Below, in pieces: positions 1-8,514 of a stretch of 64,000 nucleotides of DNA (the first letter of the stretch is position 1; the number at the start of each line of letters is the position of its first letter). The notes beneath the pieces are model-generated. The model ran no database searches, had not been told where the DNA came from, and saw only the letters and a program-made list of their open reading frames with translations. Origin of the DNA: Prochlorococcus sp. AG-347-L21 (lineage in GTDB: Bacteria; Cyanobacteriota; Cyanobacteriia; PCC-6307; Cyanobiaceae); contig QCCQ01000001.1 in the NCBI GenBank assembly GCA_003278875.1, positions 54,409 through 118,408 on the forward strand, read 5' to 3'. Both the position numbers and the translations under genes were made by a program.

Positions 1-273
1 TTTTTTTTTACTAATTGCTTTTTTCGTATTTCATGCTTTTCAATATTTTTTAAATTAATCTTATGGCCATCTATGTGTTGTATTTTTTTATAGCTATCAA
101 TATGCAAACCTTTTGAAGATCCAAACCAATCCTTTCTTAAAGAATCAAATGTGTCTTCAATTTTAGATCCAACAACCCATCTAACATCATGTAGTTCAAT
201 ATTAGCTTTTTCTGCTCTACCTCCAAGTACAACCAAATAAAGAAAATTATTTTTTAATTTTTTCACTTTTCAT
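1..273 (-). CDS. DUF1543 family protein (5' part; runs off window)
   Basis: Manual translation MKSEKLKNNFLYLVVLGGRAEKANIELHDVRWVVGSKIEDTFDSLRKDWFG..GLHIDSY; the LGG..N.ELHD..V and W.G...LH.D pattern is typical of DUF1543. Confidence 0.8.
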
Positions 274-321
274 AAATAAAATTTACCCTATAGATTGATT
301 TTTACTTATCAAATGATTCTG

Positions 322-465
322 TTAATTAAACCAACGCTTTTTCTTTCCTTTAACTTTTGGTGAAGTCTGAATCTTAGGCTCTTCGTCTACTCTACCTTTA
401 ATAATCATTAAGGGAACTATTGCCCATAGTGCTAAAAATAATATCCAAAAAAGATAAATGTTCAT
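322..465 (-). CDS. 47-aa single-TM microprotein
   Basis: Manual translation MNIYLFWILFLALWAIVPLMIIKGRVDEEPKIQTSPKVKGKKKRWFN; hydrophobic N-terminus, basic tail. Confidence 0.6.
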   Translation of the reverse strand: MNIYLFWILFLALWAIVPLMIIKGRVDEEPKIQTSPKVKGKKKRWFN

Positions 466-810
466 ACTACTAGAAATTTATAAACTCATAATAAAATCAA
501 TCAAATATGATTCGTGAGTTTCTTTTTAAAGTTCCAATTTAGATGTATAATCAAAAATTTATTTTTAATGAAAACTTTAAAAAAATATCTAATAAATTTT
601 ATTTAAATAATTAGGTTGCCAAAAAAAATTATAAAAAATAAAAATTGGGAATTATATCCGGTCATTAAAATAATCGCACTCAACAAAACCACTGCTTTGC
701 TTCAGGATATGTAGAGTGCAACATTATGATGTCACGATAAAATTTTTTTCGTGAATAGTTTTAAATCATACTTTTGAATATCTAAAATAAATTAAAAAAT
801 TAATAGATAC

Positions 811-966
811 ATGAAAAAATGTGATTTATGTCATAAGCCAGATAAAACTCATTACAGAGTTAAATCCATAATTCATACGAACTGGATTTTTTGTTGTAAA
901 GAATGTTGGAATCTAATTTCTACACATAAAAATTATTTCTATGGCGGAACTAGAAAGTCAAAATAA
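811..966 (+). CDS. 51-aa CxxC...CxxC zinc-ribbon-like microprotein
   Basis: MKKCDLCHKPDKTHYRVKS..WIFCCKECWNLIS..YGGTRKSK. Confidence 0.7.
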   Translation: MKKCDLCHKPDKTHYRVKSIIHTNWIFCCKECWNLISTHKNYFYGGTRKSK

Positions 967-998
967 ATTGATTTTATTAGAAAGAAAATTTTAATTTT

Positions 999-1475
999 CT
1001 AAAAAATATCTTTAATTTCTTTTTTTATAGATTTATATTCTAAATTAATTCCTTTTATAATTTCATCTACTTCTTTTTTAGTATTCTTATATTCATTTAT
1101 TTTTTGTTTGGTTTTCTCATAGAAAATCGATTCAAATTTTCCTGGAATTACCTCCTCTATCCAATATCCTGCTAAACAATAAATTTGGTTTGGAATAAAA
1201 GTAATAATAAATAATTTTTTGGAATTTTTATATTGATCAATTATCTTATTAGCTAAAGTGCCTTTAGTTTTTTTAGTACCAAATAGAGCAATATCTTTTG
1301 CTAAAGGCCTAAAATTCTTAGATAGATTCTTATTTTTTTCTACTGTATTTCTAGAAATTATTTTTTCTAAAGAATAACAATAATCTAAGAAATTAGTATT
1401 TTCTTTTTTGGATGGATATATAGTTATGAGGGAACTTAAAATTAAAAAAGAAGTGAAAAGAAATTTTTTAAACAT
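999..1475 (-). CDS. Hypothetical protein with N-terminal signal/TM
   Basis: 158-aa ORF, MFKKFLFTSFLILSSLITI start. Confidence 0.7.
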   Translation of the reverse strand: MFKKFLFTSFLILSSLITIYPSKKENTNFLDYCYSLEKIISRNTVEKNKNLSKNFRPLAKDIALFGTKKTKGTLANKIIDQYKNSKKLFIITFIPNQIYCLAGYWIEEVIPGKFESIFYEKTKQKINEYKNTKKEVDEIIKGINLEYKSIKKEIKDIF

Positions 1476-1672
1476 TTATTTTAATTAGATTTATTATTTC
1501 ATAAATATAAATAGACAATTCATAAATTACTATTAATTGCCTTAATAAGATTCATATTAATTAAAAAGTTTTCTATTAATTTAGCTAAAACTCTTTGAGA
1601 AAAATTTAAAATTATTTCAGCTTAATTAAGTATTTACCAAACTCATAAAACTTTTTTTCTTATAATGAAATT

Positions 1673-2053
1673 ATGAAAAATTCTTTTTTGAAAAATAAAA
1701 GGATCAAATCTTTTTTAGATTTTTTTTCAAGGGTATCAATTTCAGCAATATTTATCTCAGCCATACCCGGAAAAATAAATAATTTTGAAAGAACAGTTGA
1801 ATATATTTCTTCAAAAGGTATTCCTGAACCAATTTCGTCTATCCTTCTAGTGGGAGCCATAATATGTCTTATCTTGGGTTCTGGATTTTTTATATTTGGA
1901 GAAAATCAAAAAATCGGTTCGCTTTTTTTATTACTATTTCTTATCCCAACAACAATAATTTTTCATGTATTCCCTTTTCATCAAAGAGCAGTATTTATGA
2001 ATCTTGGATTAATGGGTGGATTAACTATTGCTGCAATAAGGGAACCAAAATAA
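1673..2053 (+). CDS. DoxX family membrane protein
   Basis: Four hydrophobic segments; R..I..IF....K..F, G.P.P, PT..IFH.F and NL.L.GG motifs. Confidence 0.85.
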   Translation: MKNSFLKNKRIKSFLDFFSRVSISAIFISAIPGKINNFERTVEYISSKGIPEPISSILLVGAIICLILGSGFFIFGENQKIGSLFLLLFLIPTTIIFHVFPFHQRAVFMNLGLMGGLTIAAIREPK

Positions 2054-2082
2054 ATATATTAATAAATAAACCTAAATTTTTT

Positions 2083-2277
2083 TCATTTATTCTCTCTTAA
2101 TTCTGTGAAGCAACTCGCAATATGAATTAATTCATAAACCTCTTTGCTATCGTATTTTTTATTAGGAATTCCACTTCCCACATCTATACCTCTCTCTTTC
2201 ATCTTCTTTAATATCAATTCTTGTCTTTGCATACTTGACATAGACTTAAATTTTTTAATTCGTTCTTCTTTATTCAC
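2083..2277 (-). CDS. Hypothetical protein (64 aa)
   Basis: ATG-started ORF with natural composition. Confidence 0.6.
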   Translation of the reverse strand: MNKEERIKKFKSMSSMQRQELILKKMKERGIDVGSGIPNKKYDSKEVYELIHIASCFTELRENK

Positions 2278-2564
2278 TAGATCTTAAATTATTTAAAATT
2301 TATTTTTAAGGATTTATCAATTAGCGATTCATTAAGTAAGTAAGAAATCCAGTAAATGTGAGTAATTTAAATCCAATAAAGAAAGGTAAATATTTTTTGA
2401 ACTTTTTGCCAACGGACAATGATTTGTTTAATAAATTGATCATTATTTACATTAAAATCTAATTTTTTAAAAATATCCTAACAAATTTTTTTTAGAATCA
2501 TTCCATTTCGATTTGTACAATTTAAATTGTAGATCTAAACTAGGAGGGTTACGTCCCTTTTTTT

Positions 2565-2951
2565 ATGAATGATAAAGAAACAATAATTTCATTATTAAAT
2601 GAGTTTGCCAATCCAAAAAAAATGGCCTCATTTTTTGTTAACAATGCGACCCCTGATTTCTTATTCATAAGACCCAGTGGTAATCCTATAGATGCAAAAG
2701 GTTTCAAACAAATGATTTCTGGTGATATAGTTCAAGAAAAGGCAGAAATAACCAAAATTCACCGATTCGAATTTTTAAGCGAAACTATAGTAATGTGCAT
2801 TTTTACGCTAGGTTCAAAATTTACTTATAAAGGGACACCTAATGATGACTTACCAACAGTTACGTCAATTTTTAAAAAAGTAAATAATGTTTGGAAAATT
2901 CACTGGATGCAAAGATCCACTGGAAATTCGGATTTATCTTTATGGGACTAG
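2565..2951 (+). CDS. DUF3804 (NTF2/SnoaL-like) protein
   Basis: FLFIRPSGNP, F.YKG..NDD and WKIHWMQRSTG motifs. Confidence 0.85.
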   Translation: MNDKETIISLLNEFANPKKMASFFVNNATPDFLFIRPSGNPIDAKGFKQMISGDIVQEKAEITKIHRFEFLSETIVMCIFTLGSKFTYKGTPNDDLPTVTSIFKKVNNVWKIHWMQRSTGNSDLSLWD

Positions 2952-3429
2952 CAAAGTTAATAGCTCTTTTAATGGTGCTACTACTTGTAGGTAGTTCTTT
3001 TGTTGGTTTAATTTTGTATTTTATAAAATAAGTAGATCAAATAAATAATACCCAGTAATTATTTCTTGTTTTAGAAAATAATTGCTTCTTTTATGCTAAG
3101 TAATTTGATTTTCAGGTAAAAATAAAAACTTTAGACAGACTAACGCCTATATCTAAAGCCAATAAAGCAATTAGTAACTTACTCATTTTTTAGAACTCTC
3201 AACTATTTTTTTGTAAAGTTCATCGGAAATAGGTTGCATAACTTTTTAAAAATCTAATCACAAATTAATTATTTTAAAATTAATTTCTCGTTACTAAATA
3301 TACGAATATATGAATTTTTAAATAGGCAAAAAATATATTTACTATAAGTTCTTCTTATAAAGTATAAATAAATACTTAATCCAAAAACGTCAATAAATGT
3401 CCAAACTTTTTTAAAATAAATTTGAAATC

Positions 3430-3531
3430 TTATTTCAAGTAAACTGATCCTCTATAAGTAAGCTTTATAATCTTTTCTTCTTGTTTTCTACAATATACGA
3501 ATGACTTTCCATTGAAATACATGTTTACCAT
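3430..3531 (-). CDS. 33-aa DUF4278-like peptide downstream of glutamine riboswitch (Yfr6-type peptide)
   Basis: MVNMYFNGKSFVYCRKQEEKIIKLTYRGSVYLK with LTYRG..Y motif; AGGAG RBS upstream. Confidence 0.85.
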   Translation of the reverse strand: MVNMYFNGKSFVYCRKQEEKIIKLTYRGSVYLK

Positions 3532-3550
3532 GATGCAGCTCCTGAACTTG

Positions 3551-3612
3551 CTCAAGTCCCCGTCCTATGGCTTGAGTCGTACTGCGGTCTATCAGATGGT
3601 AGATCGGACGAT
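3551..3612 (-). ncRNA. Glutamine-II (Downstream-peptide) riboswitch
   Basis: Minus strand CGTCC...CGCAGT...GGACG-GGG: P1 formed by 3610-3606 and 3565-3561; alternative CTCAAG/CTTGAG stem; directly upstream of a DUF4278 peptide, the known context of this motif. Confidence 0.8.
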
Positions 3613-3614
3613 TT

Positions 3615-3630
3615 TGTAGTATTCACTACA
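3615..3630. promoter_or_regulatory. NtcA box (probably repressive position)
   Basis: TGTA-GTATTCAC-TACA, a perfect GTA-N8-TAC directly adjacent to the 5' end of the riboswitch. Confidence 0.8.
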
Positions 3631-3667
3631 ATCTATTTATAAAGTATTTATACTTAGATGTCAACAA

Positions 3668-3814
3668 TTAATAGAAACTAAACTTCAATTTAAAAGTAGA
3701 TTCGGCTCTCATAAACTCCCGAACAAGAATAAAGAACATATAACTACGAGTAACTCCCATAAAAACCGCAACAAATGCAAGAACTACACAAATAGGGCAA
3801 TGTGGGAATCCCAT
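3668..3814 (-). CDS. 48-aa CxxC/TM microprotein
   Basis: MGFPHCPICVVLAFVAVFMGVTRSYMFFILVREFMRAESTFKLKFSFY; TAATG-coupled to the upstream ORF. Confidence 0.6.
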   Translation of the reverse strand: MGFPHCPICVVLAFVAVFMGVTRSYMFFILVREFMRAESTFKLKFSFY

Positions 3815-3930
3815 TATTTATTTTCCAATATAAATTTCAATTCAGTCTCTGCATTAAGAATATCGATTCTTCTCTTGAGCAGTTTAAAAAATTTAATTAT
3901 TTTTTTCAAAATTAAACCCTCTTTAGGCAT
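3814..3930 (-). CDS. 38-aa basic microprotein
   Basis: MPKEGLILKKIIKFFKLLKRRIDILNAETELKFILENK; stop overlaps next start. Confidence 0.45.
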   Translation of the reverse strand: MPKEGLILKKIIKFFKLLKRRIDILNAETELKFILENK

Positions 3931-4125
3931 TAATAATAATATTATTTAAGAATGATTATATCAATGAGCAAAAATACTGAAGCCATTGATATAAAAAAAG
4001 TTTCGTAGCAAATTTATACAATAAACAACACCAACATATGCTCAGATACTCTTGCTCAATTAGCTTATTCAGAGTTAAATATTAAATTGGTGATCTAGTT
4101 ACGTTGCAGTGCTATTTTTCTTTTG

Positions 4126-4200
4126 CTAAAAAAATAGAGCGGACTAAAGTCCAATACTCCACGAGGATTTAGTCCGCTGCCTAAAGCCGGAGAATGCAAA
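4126..4200 (-). ncRNA. Candidate sRNA (hairpin with TCCTCGTGGAG loop, U-run)
   Basis: 11-bp stem AGCGGACTAAA/TTTAGTCCGCT (4138-4178) followed on the minus strand by CTATTTTTTT; ends approximate. Confidence 0.5.
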
Positions 4201-4307
4201 TTTTTCTTAATTAATATGCAAGTATGCTTTATGAGGTAAATATCTTGATTGCGTAATAAATTTATTTTGTATATTGCTATTACAAAAATGATGAGTTTAT
4301 TTAAATT

Positions 4308-4345
4308 AGTTACTAAATCCTCGTGGAGAAAGCTTTAGTAAATTT
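4308..4345 (+). ncRNA. Candidate paralogous sRNA hairpin (same loop motif, opposite strand)
   Basis: TACTAAA-TCCTCGTGGAGAAAGC-TTTAGTA; 17-nt identity with the minus-strand hairpin. Confidence 0.45.
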
Positions 4346-4587
4346 CTTTTATTGGTTACTAATAAGATCAGCGGAATCTCATTATGGAGCATCATTTTTA
4401 TCTGTAGAAGTTCCATCTAATTCAATCAAAAGTTTTTCTTGATTTTAGAAAGTTTTTAATACTTAAATTCATAGCTTTCTGAAAATTGAATAACTAATTT
4501 GAGTTAAGTTGGTTAATTATCTCTATTGCAAATAAAGATAAGGTTGTTAATCTTGCGCTTAAAGAAGAAACTTAATTTCTTAAACTG

Positions 4588-4797
4588 ATGCAATTTGATC
4601 ATTTAAATTTCAATGAAGGTGATGGCCTCATGTCTATAGAAGATTTAAGGGCTTTACGTCTTCGAAAAAAGAAAATTGAAAGTGATAAGAAAGCTAGAAA
4701 GTATATCCTGGATATAAATCAAAGATATAGAAAAATGAGTACCCGCAAAAGTAATAACTTTTTAAGGAATATGAACCCTTTTAAAAAGTCCGCATAA
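4588..4797 (+). CDS. Hypothetical basic protein (69 aa)
   Basis: ORF track; no family recognised. Confidence 0.55.
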   Translation: MQFDHLNFNEGDGLMSIEDLRALRLRKKKIESDKKARKYILDINQRYRKMSTRKSNNFLRNMNPFKKSA

Positions 4798-4858
4798 ATT
4801 GTTAATCTTGATTTTATTAATTTGTTTAACTTTGCAACTTTCAGAGTAAGATTTTAAT

Positions 4859-4912
4859 GGTGTTTCTTTGGAAGAGTTTCACCAAGAGGGGTCAATTTTT
4901 GGCCCCTTCTTT
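4859..4912 (+). ncRNA. Candidate ~55-nt two-hairpin sRNA, or terminator of 4588-4797
   Basis: TAAGAT -10-like box at 4847-4852; GGTG..CACC stem followed by GC-rich AAGAGGGGTCAA/TTGGCCCCTTCTT hairpin. Confidence 0.4.
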
Positions 4913-5122
4913 GCGGTGATATTTTTTAATTGAAACTCGTTATAAAATTAAAGTAATACTTTCCTAGAAGGCGAAAGTGATGTAAATCTTTTGTTTAAAG
5001 TTTTTATTACTACTTAATGAAAACTCTATATCTTCAACTAAATCCTCTTATTAAAAAAACAAAAGTTTTAGCTTTTGGACCATTTCCCATAATTTATTGA
5101 AATTTTTCATTTGTGATTTTTA

Positions 5123-5326
5123 ATGGCTTCACCTACAAGTTGGGAATTCTACAAAGAAATTGAAACTAAAACTCTATGGGTCAATATTTGTACCCAAAAT
5201 TTAGAAGGAGTAGCTATTTCGATCAATAAATGGTGGAAGACAAGATATCCAGCATACAAAATAAGAATAGTTTCTAAAAAAGAATTTGAGCTAATAAAAA
5301 TGCAAGCTGAGAAAAAGGAGCAATAA
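5123..5326 (+). CDS. Conserved hypothetical protein (67 aa)
   Basis: MASPTSWEFYKE..LWVNICT..KWWKTRYP.YKIRIVS; protein-like composition. Confidence 0.7.
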   Translation: MASPTSWEFYKEIETKTLWVNICTQNLEGVAISINKWWKTRYPAYKIRIVSKKEFELIKMQAEKKEQ

Positions 5327-5402
5327 AATTATTCTTTGGTAAAAATTGATGCTGAATATTTAATTTTTGCAGCTATTATAAAATCAATAAATTAAAGAAC
5401 AA

Positions 5403-5558
5403 ATGAACTCTGCATTTGCAAAAGTCTCAAATTTGAAAGTTAACAGGGCTTCTAAAATAGCTATTACTCTCGCATCATCAACTTTCTTTTTGTATGCCTT
5501 GGGTCAAGCACCAATTTTTAAAAATATTCTTGCAGGTGCCTTCTCTTGCTCTGGCTAA
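5403..5558 (+). CDS. 51-aa membrane microprotein
   Basis: MNSAFAKVSNLKVNRASKIAITLASSTFFLYALGQAPIFKNILAGAFSCSG; followed by a terminator. Confidence 0.65.
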   Translation: MNSAFAKVSNLKVNRASKIAITLASSTFFLYALGQAPIFKNILAGAFSCSG

Positions 5559-5605
5559 ATAAAATACTGTTTTTTTAGAGAAGCTAAAAAGCTAAAATAG
5601 ATTGT

Positions 5606-5650
5606 GATTGACAGTCGATCTAAACTTAGAGGGATAAACTCCTCTTTTTT
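5606..5650 (+). repeat. GATTGACAGTCGATC island repeat plus terminator hairpin
   Basis: Variant copies at 17261, 17601, 19463 and 20649; hairpin AGAGGG..CTCCTCT-TTTTT. Confidence 0.7.
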
Positions 5651-5710
5651 AATGTTTAATAGATTTATTGCCGAAAAGATAATGACTCTTCTTATTTCTC
5701 TTTTCAGCTG

Positions 5711-5827
5711 ATGAATATTTCCCCGCACCTATTAATTGATGCTGTGATATTAAGCGCTGCCCTTACGATAACTTTGGTATTAAGAGCAAAAGGTAATGCT
5801 GCCAGAAAAGAAAAAGAAAATAAATGA
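5711..5827 (+). CDS. 38-aa single-TM microprotein
   Basis: MNISPHLLIDAVILSAALTITLVLRAKGNAARKEKENK; ATGA overlap with next ORF. Confidence 0.6.
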   Translation: MNISPHLLIDAVILSAALTITLVLRAKGNAARKEKENK

Positions 5828-5964
5828 TTACTAAAGAAGAAGAAAAAGAATTTAAAAAACCTAAATTATATAGATTTTGGAACTTTCTTATTTATGGAAG
5901 TTCCTTAGCTATTGGAGTTTTCTTAGTTTATTTATATTCTGCTTATGTCTTTATAAATAAATGA
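5824..5964 (+). CDS. 46-aa single-TM microprotein
   Basis: MITKEEEKEFKKPKLYRFWNFLIYGSSLAIGVFLVYLYSAYVFINK; ATGA overlaps on both sides. Confidence 0.6.
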   Translation: MITKEEEKEFKKPKLYRFWNFLIYGSSLAIGVFLVYLYSAYVFINK

Positions 5965-6056
5965 CTTACATTTACGGCATAGCGATTACTTATGGGGTTG
6001 TGAGTCTTTTATTGCTTGGTGGGTTTGCATACTTTACTTTTAAAATGAGACGCTAA
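5961..6056 (+). CDS. 31-aa single-TM microprotein
   Basis: MTYIYGIAITYGVVSLLLLGGFAYFTFKMRR. Confidence 0.55.
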   Translation: MTYIYGIAITYGVVSLLLLGGFAYFTFKMRR

Positions 6057-6422
6057 TTTTTATATCTGCCCAATAAAGATTTATTAGATAAATTTTTTGA
6101 TTTTTGTAGAGAATATCGACAAGAAATTCCACATCAAAAGATGGCTGAGATTTTAAGAGAATATCCAAGTAGATTAGATGAATGATAGATACTAGCAGAC
6201 CTAAGAAGGTATTAAGAGAATAAAATTTCTAGCAAAATTTATACAAATTTTTTTAAATTTGGAATAAATTTTTTGAAGATATTTTCCTTGCAATTATTCA
6301 TAATTTGAGATTTTTTTTTGATCCTTAATCCGTACAATTTTGTTCCTCTAACCGCACACATAAAACTTGAAATTTACTATTCAAATGAATTAAAACATAG
6401 TTGTAGTAAAGGGGTAAGTCTT

Positions 6423-6575
6423 ATGGCACTAAATGACACATTTACTGTCCGAGAAATTAATTTGGATAAAAAAGACCTTTCATTTGATAATAAGCTCAAA
6501 AAAATTGAAGCTTATTGGAATAATGAATGTACAGAACATCCGAGTAACAACCATTGCAAGATTTTTTGTGATTAA
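6423..6575 (+). CDS. 50-aa protein with CP12-like C-terminal Cys loop
   Basis: ATG at 6423 after AAAGGGG; ends NECTEHPSNNHCKIFCD (C-x8-C with central P). Confidence 0.7.
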   Translation: MALNDTFTVREINLDKKDLSFDNKLKKIEAYWNNECTEHPSNNHCKIFCD

Positions 6576-6661
6576 AAACTTTAAGTTTTAGGTATTCTTA
6601 CGCTTGATTTTTACATAATACCCGTACTAAATAATAATCAGATAGAAAGGAGGCCAAGCAA

Positions 6662-6763
6662 ATGACTAATTTAGGTATAGAAATTTTATTTTGGATAATT
6701 TTAATTTCTTATCTGGGATTAAGGTTTTCTCAAACTTGGAATGGATTCAAAAAACAGTATTAA
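6662..6763 (+). CDS. 33-aa single-TM microprotein
   Basis: Strong AAAGGAGG RBS; MTNLGIEILFWIILISYLGLRFSQTWNGFKKQY. Confidence 0.7.
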   Translation: MTNLGIEILFWIILISYLGLRFSQTWNGFKKQY

Positions 6764-6778
6764 TTAGGAGAATAGAAA

Positions 6779-6925
6779 ATGAAACTACAAACTCAGTTCA
6801 CGGTTCCAAACAAAAAATTAAAAGATCTTGATTATGTTAAAAAAGTAGATTTTTTAGAAGAAATTTTAAATAAAGAATGTATAGATTATCCCAATCAAGA
6901 AGACTGCCTGGTTTGTTGCAATTAA
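6779..6925 (+). CDS. 48-aa paralog of 6423-6575 (CP12-like Cys loop)
   Basis: AGGAG RBS; MKLQTQFTVPNKKLKDLDYVKKVDFLEEILNKECIDYPNQEDCLVCCN. Confidence 0.7.
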   Translation: MKLQTQFTVPNKKLKDLDYVKKVDFLEEILNKECIDYPNQEDCLVCCN

Positions 6926-7007
6926 AAATCAAAAAATAGCTGTTTTTTAAAAGTAAATAAATTTTTATTATTAGTATTTATAAATTTTCTAAAAGGGAGT
7001 AAGCACT

Positions 7008-7526
7008 ATGGAATTAAGATTCTTCCCAATAAATATTTTTAGAGAGACTCCAAAAGTCACATTCTTCGATGCAGGCATAGATAGTTCTAATGGTTCCGAT
7101 GTTGTGATCCATTCTGGAGAAGCTATATCTCCTCCAGATGATTTAAAAGATGAGCAATATTACGTTCACAATCATCAAATTGACCACAATTTAGTTATCA
7201 CTGGAGAAAGGACATTTGTTTTAATAAATCCTTCCTGGGATGAACCTCATCATGTGATTTATTTAAATAGATATATGGGAGCATTAGAAATTCCTTTAGG
7301 AACTTATCACAGATCTATCTCAGGGAAAGAAGGTAGTATTGTTTTAAACCAACCCAAAAGAGATAAATTTTTTGATCCTTCTAAAGAATTCACCCCTCAA
7401 AAGTTAGACAAAATTAATTTAATTAAGGCAAGAAAAAGTTCGCCTGTTTATTGGATTTACGAAAATAACAAGATCAAAAGAGTCTATTTTAATCCTCTAG
7501 AAAGAAAAGTTAAAACTCTTGTTTGA
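7008..7526 (+). CDS. Conserved cupin-fold-like hypothetical protein
   Basis: FRETP.V.FFD, YYVH.HQ.D.N.V..G.R.F and L.IP.GTYHRS.SG motifs (His-rich cupin-like). Confidence 0.7.
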   Translation: MELRFFPINIFRETPKVTFFDAGIDSSNGSDVVIHSGEAISPPDDLKDEQYYVHNHQIDHNLVITGERTFVLINPSWDEPHHVIYLNRYMGALEIPLGTYHRSISGKEGSIVLNQPKRDKFFDPSKEFTPQKLDKINLIKARKSSPVYWIYENNKIKRVYFNPLERKVKTLV

Positions 7527-7527
7527 A

Positions 7528-8382
7528 ATGAAAAAACATATATCCCCTAGTAATGATTTTAAAAACCTGAATTTAATTATTAATTCTGATACTTATAAAT
7601 TAGCTCACGAAGATATTGGTTTACTGAGCCGAAATGAAATGCGTGGAGTCAGAATGCTTCTTGAAATTACTAAACCAGATTTAATCCTTGAAGAAAATAA
7701 AATTCTTTCAACAATAATTATTTTTGGAGGCGCAAGCATTACAGAAGAATCAAATATAAAAAAGAGACTTGAAAATATAGAAGAGTTAATTAAAAAAAAT
7801 CCTAAATCGATACTTTTAAAACGAAATTTAAATAGATTAGAAAATTTGCTTCTTATGAGTCATTACTATCAATCCGCAAGGGAGTTTTCTAAACTTGCTT
7901 CAATTAGTAATCAAAATAAAAACTGTAATTCTCATGTGATTGTGACAGGTGGGGGGCCAGGAATTATGGAAGCTGCTAATAGAGGGGCATTTGAAGCAAA
8001 TTGTAAATCTATAGGGTTAAATATCAGTCTGCCTAATGAACAAATCCCAAATGCTTTTATAACTCCCGGTCTTTGCTTTAAGTTTAATTATTTTGCATTA
8101 AGAAAGATCCATTTTGTCATGCGATCAGTAGCTGCTGTATTTTTCCCTGGAGGTTTTGGAACACTAGATGAATTATTTGAACTATTGACACTTTGTCAAA
8201 CAGGAATGAAAACTAAAATCCCAATCATACTTTTTGGTAGAGATTATTGGAATAAGATAATTAACTTCGAATATCTAGCTGATCTTGGATTAATTTCAGA
8301 TGAAAACTTAAATCTTTTCCAATATGCAGACACCGCACCAGAAGCATGGGAAATTATCAAATCATCAAAAATCTCAGCTTAA
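7528..8382 (+). CDS. LOG family nucleotide phosphoribohydrolase (TIGR00730-type)
   Basis: VTGGGPGIMEAANRGA, F.YF..RK and PGGFGTLDE motifs. Confidence 0.92.
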   Translation: MKKHISPSNDFKNLNLIINSDTYKLAHEDIGLLSRNEMRGVRMLLEITKPDLILEENKILSTIIIFGGASITEESNIKKRLENIEELIKKNPKSILLKRNLNRLENLLLMSHYYQSAREFSKLASISNQNKNCNSHVIVTGGGPGIMEAANRGAFEANCKSIGLNISLPNEQIPNAFITPGLCFKFNYFALRKIHFVMRSVAAVFFPGGFGTLDELFELLTLCQTGMKTKIPIILFGRDYWNKIINFEYLADLGLISDENLNLFQYADTAPEAWEIIKSSKISA

Positions 8383-8514
8383 AGAGAAGCTAATTATTTT
8401 TAAATAACTTTTAATTACTTTATTTTTAATTTGTTTTAACAGTTTTTATTATTGAATCTTGTGGTTATTCACTTGGAAAAAAAAATAATATTTGTGAACT
8501 AAATAGAAATTTTT

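Noticed and set aside
611-770. Possible degraded membrane-protein gene on the minus strand
   Set aside because: In-frame stops and no recognisable family.
4268-4284. NtcA-like TGTA..TACA between the two hairpins
   Set aside because: Spacing is N9, not N8.
4544-4810. 12-mer TTGTTAATCTTG at 4544 and 4799
   Set aside because: AT-rich and only two copies; not enough to call a site.
6066-6185. Start-less reading frame (..FCREYRQEIPHQKMAEILREY..RLDE)
   Set aside because: No convincing start or RBS; at most a remnant.
6318-6422. TTG-started N-terminal extension of the 6318-6575 ORF
   Set aside because: The ATG at 6423 has an RBS and aligns with the start of the paralog at 6779.
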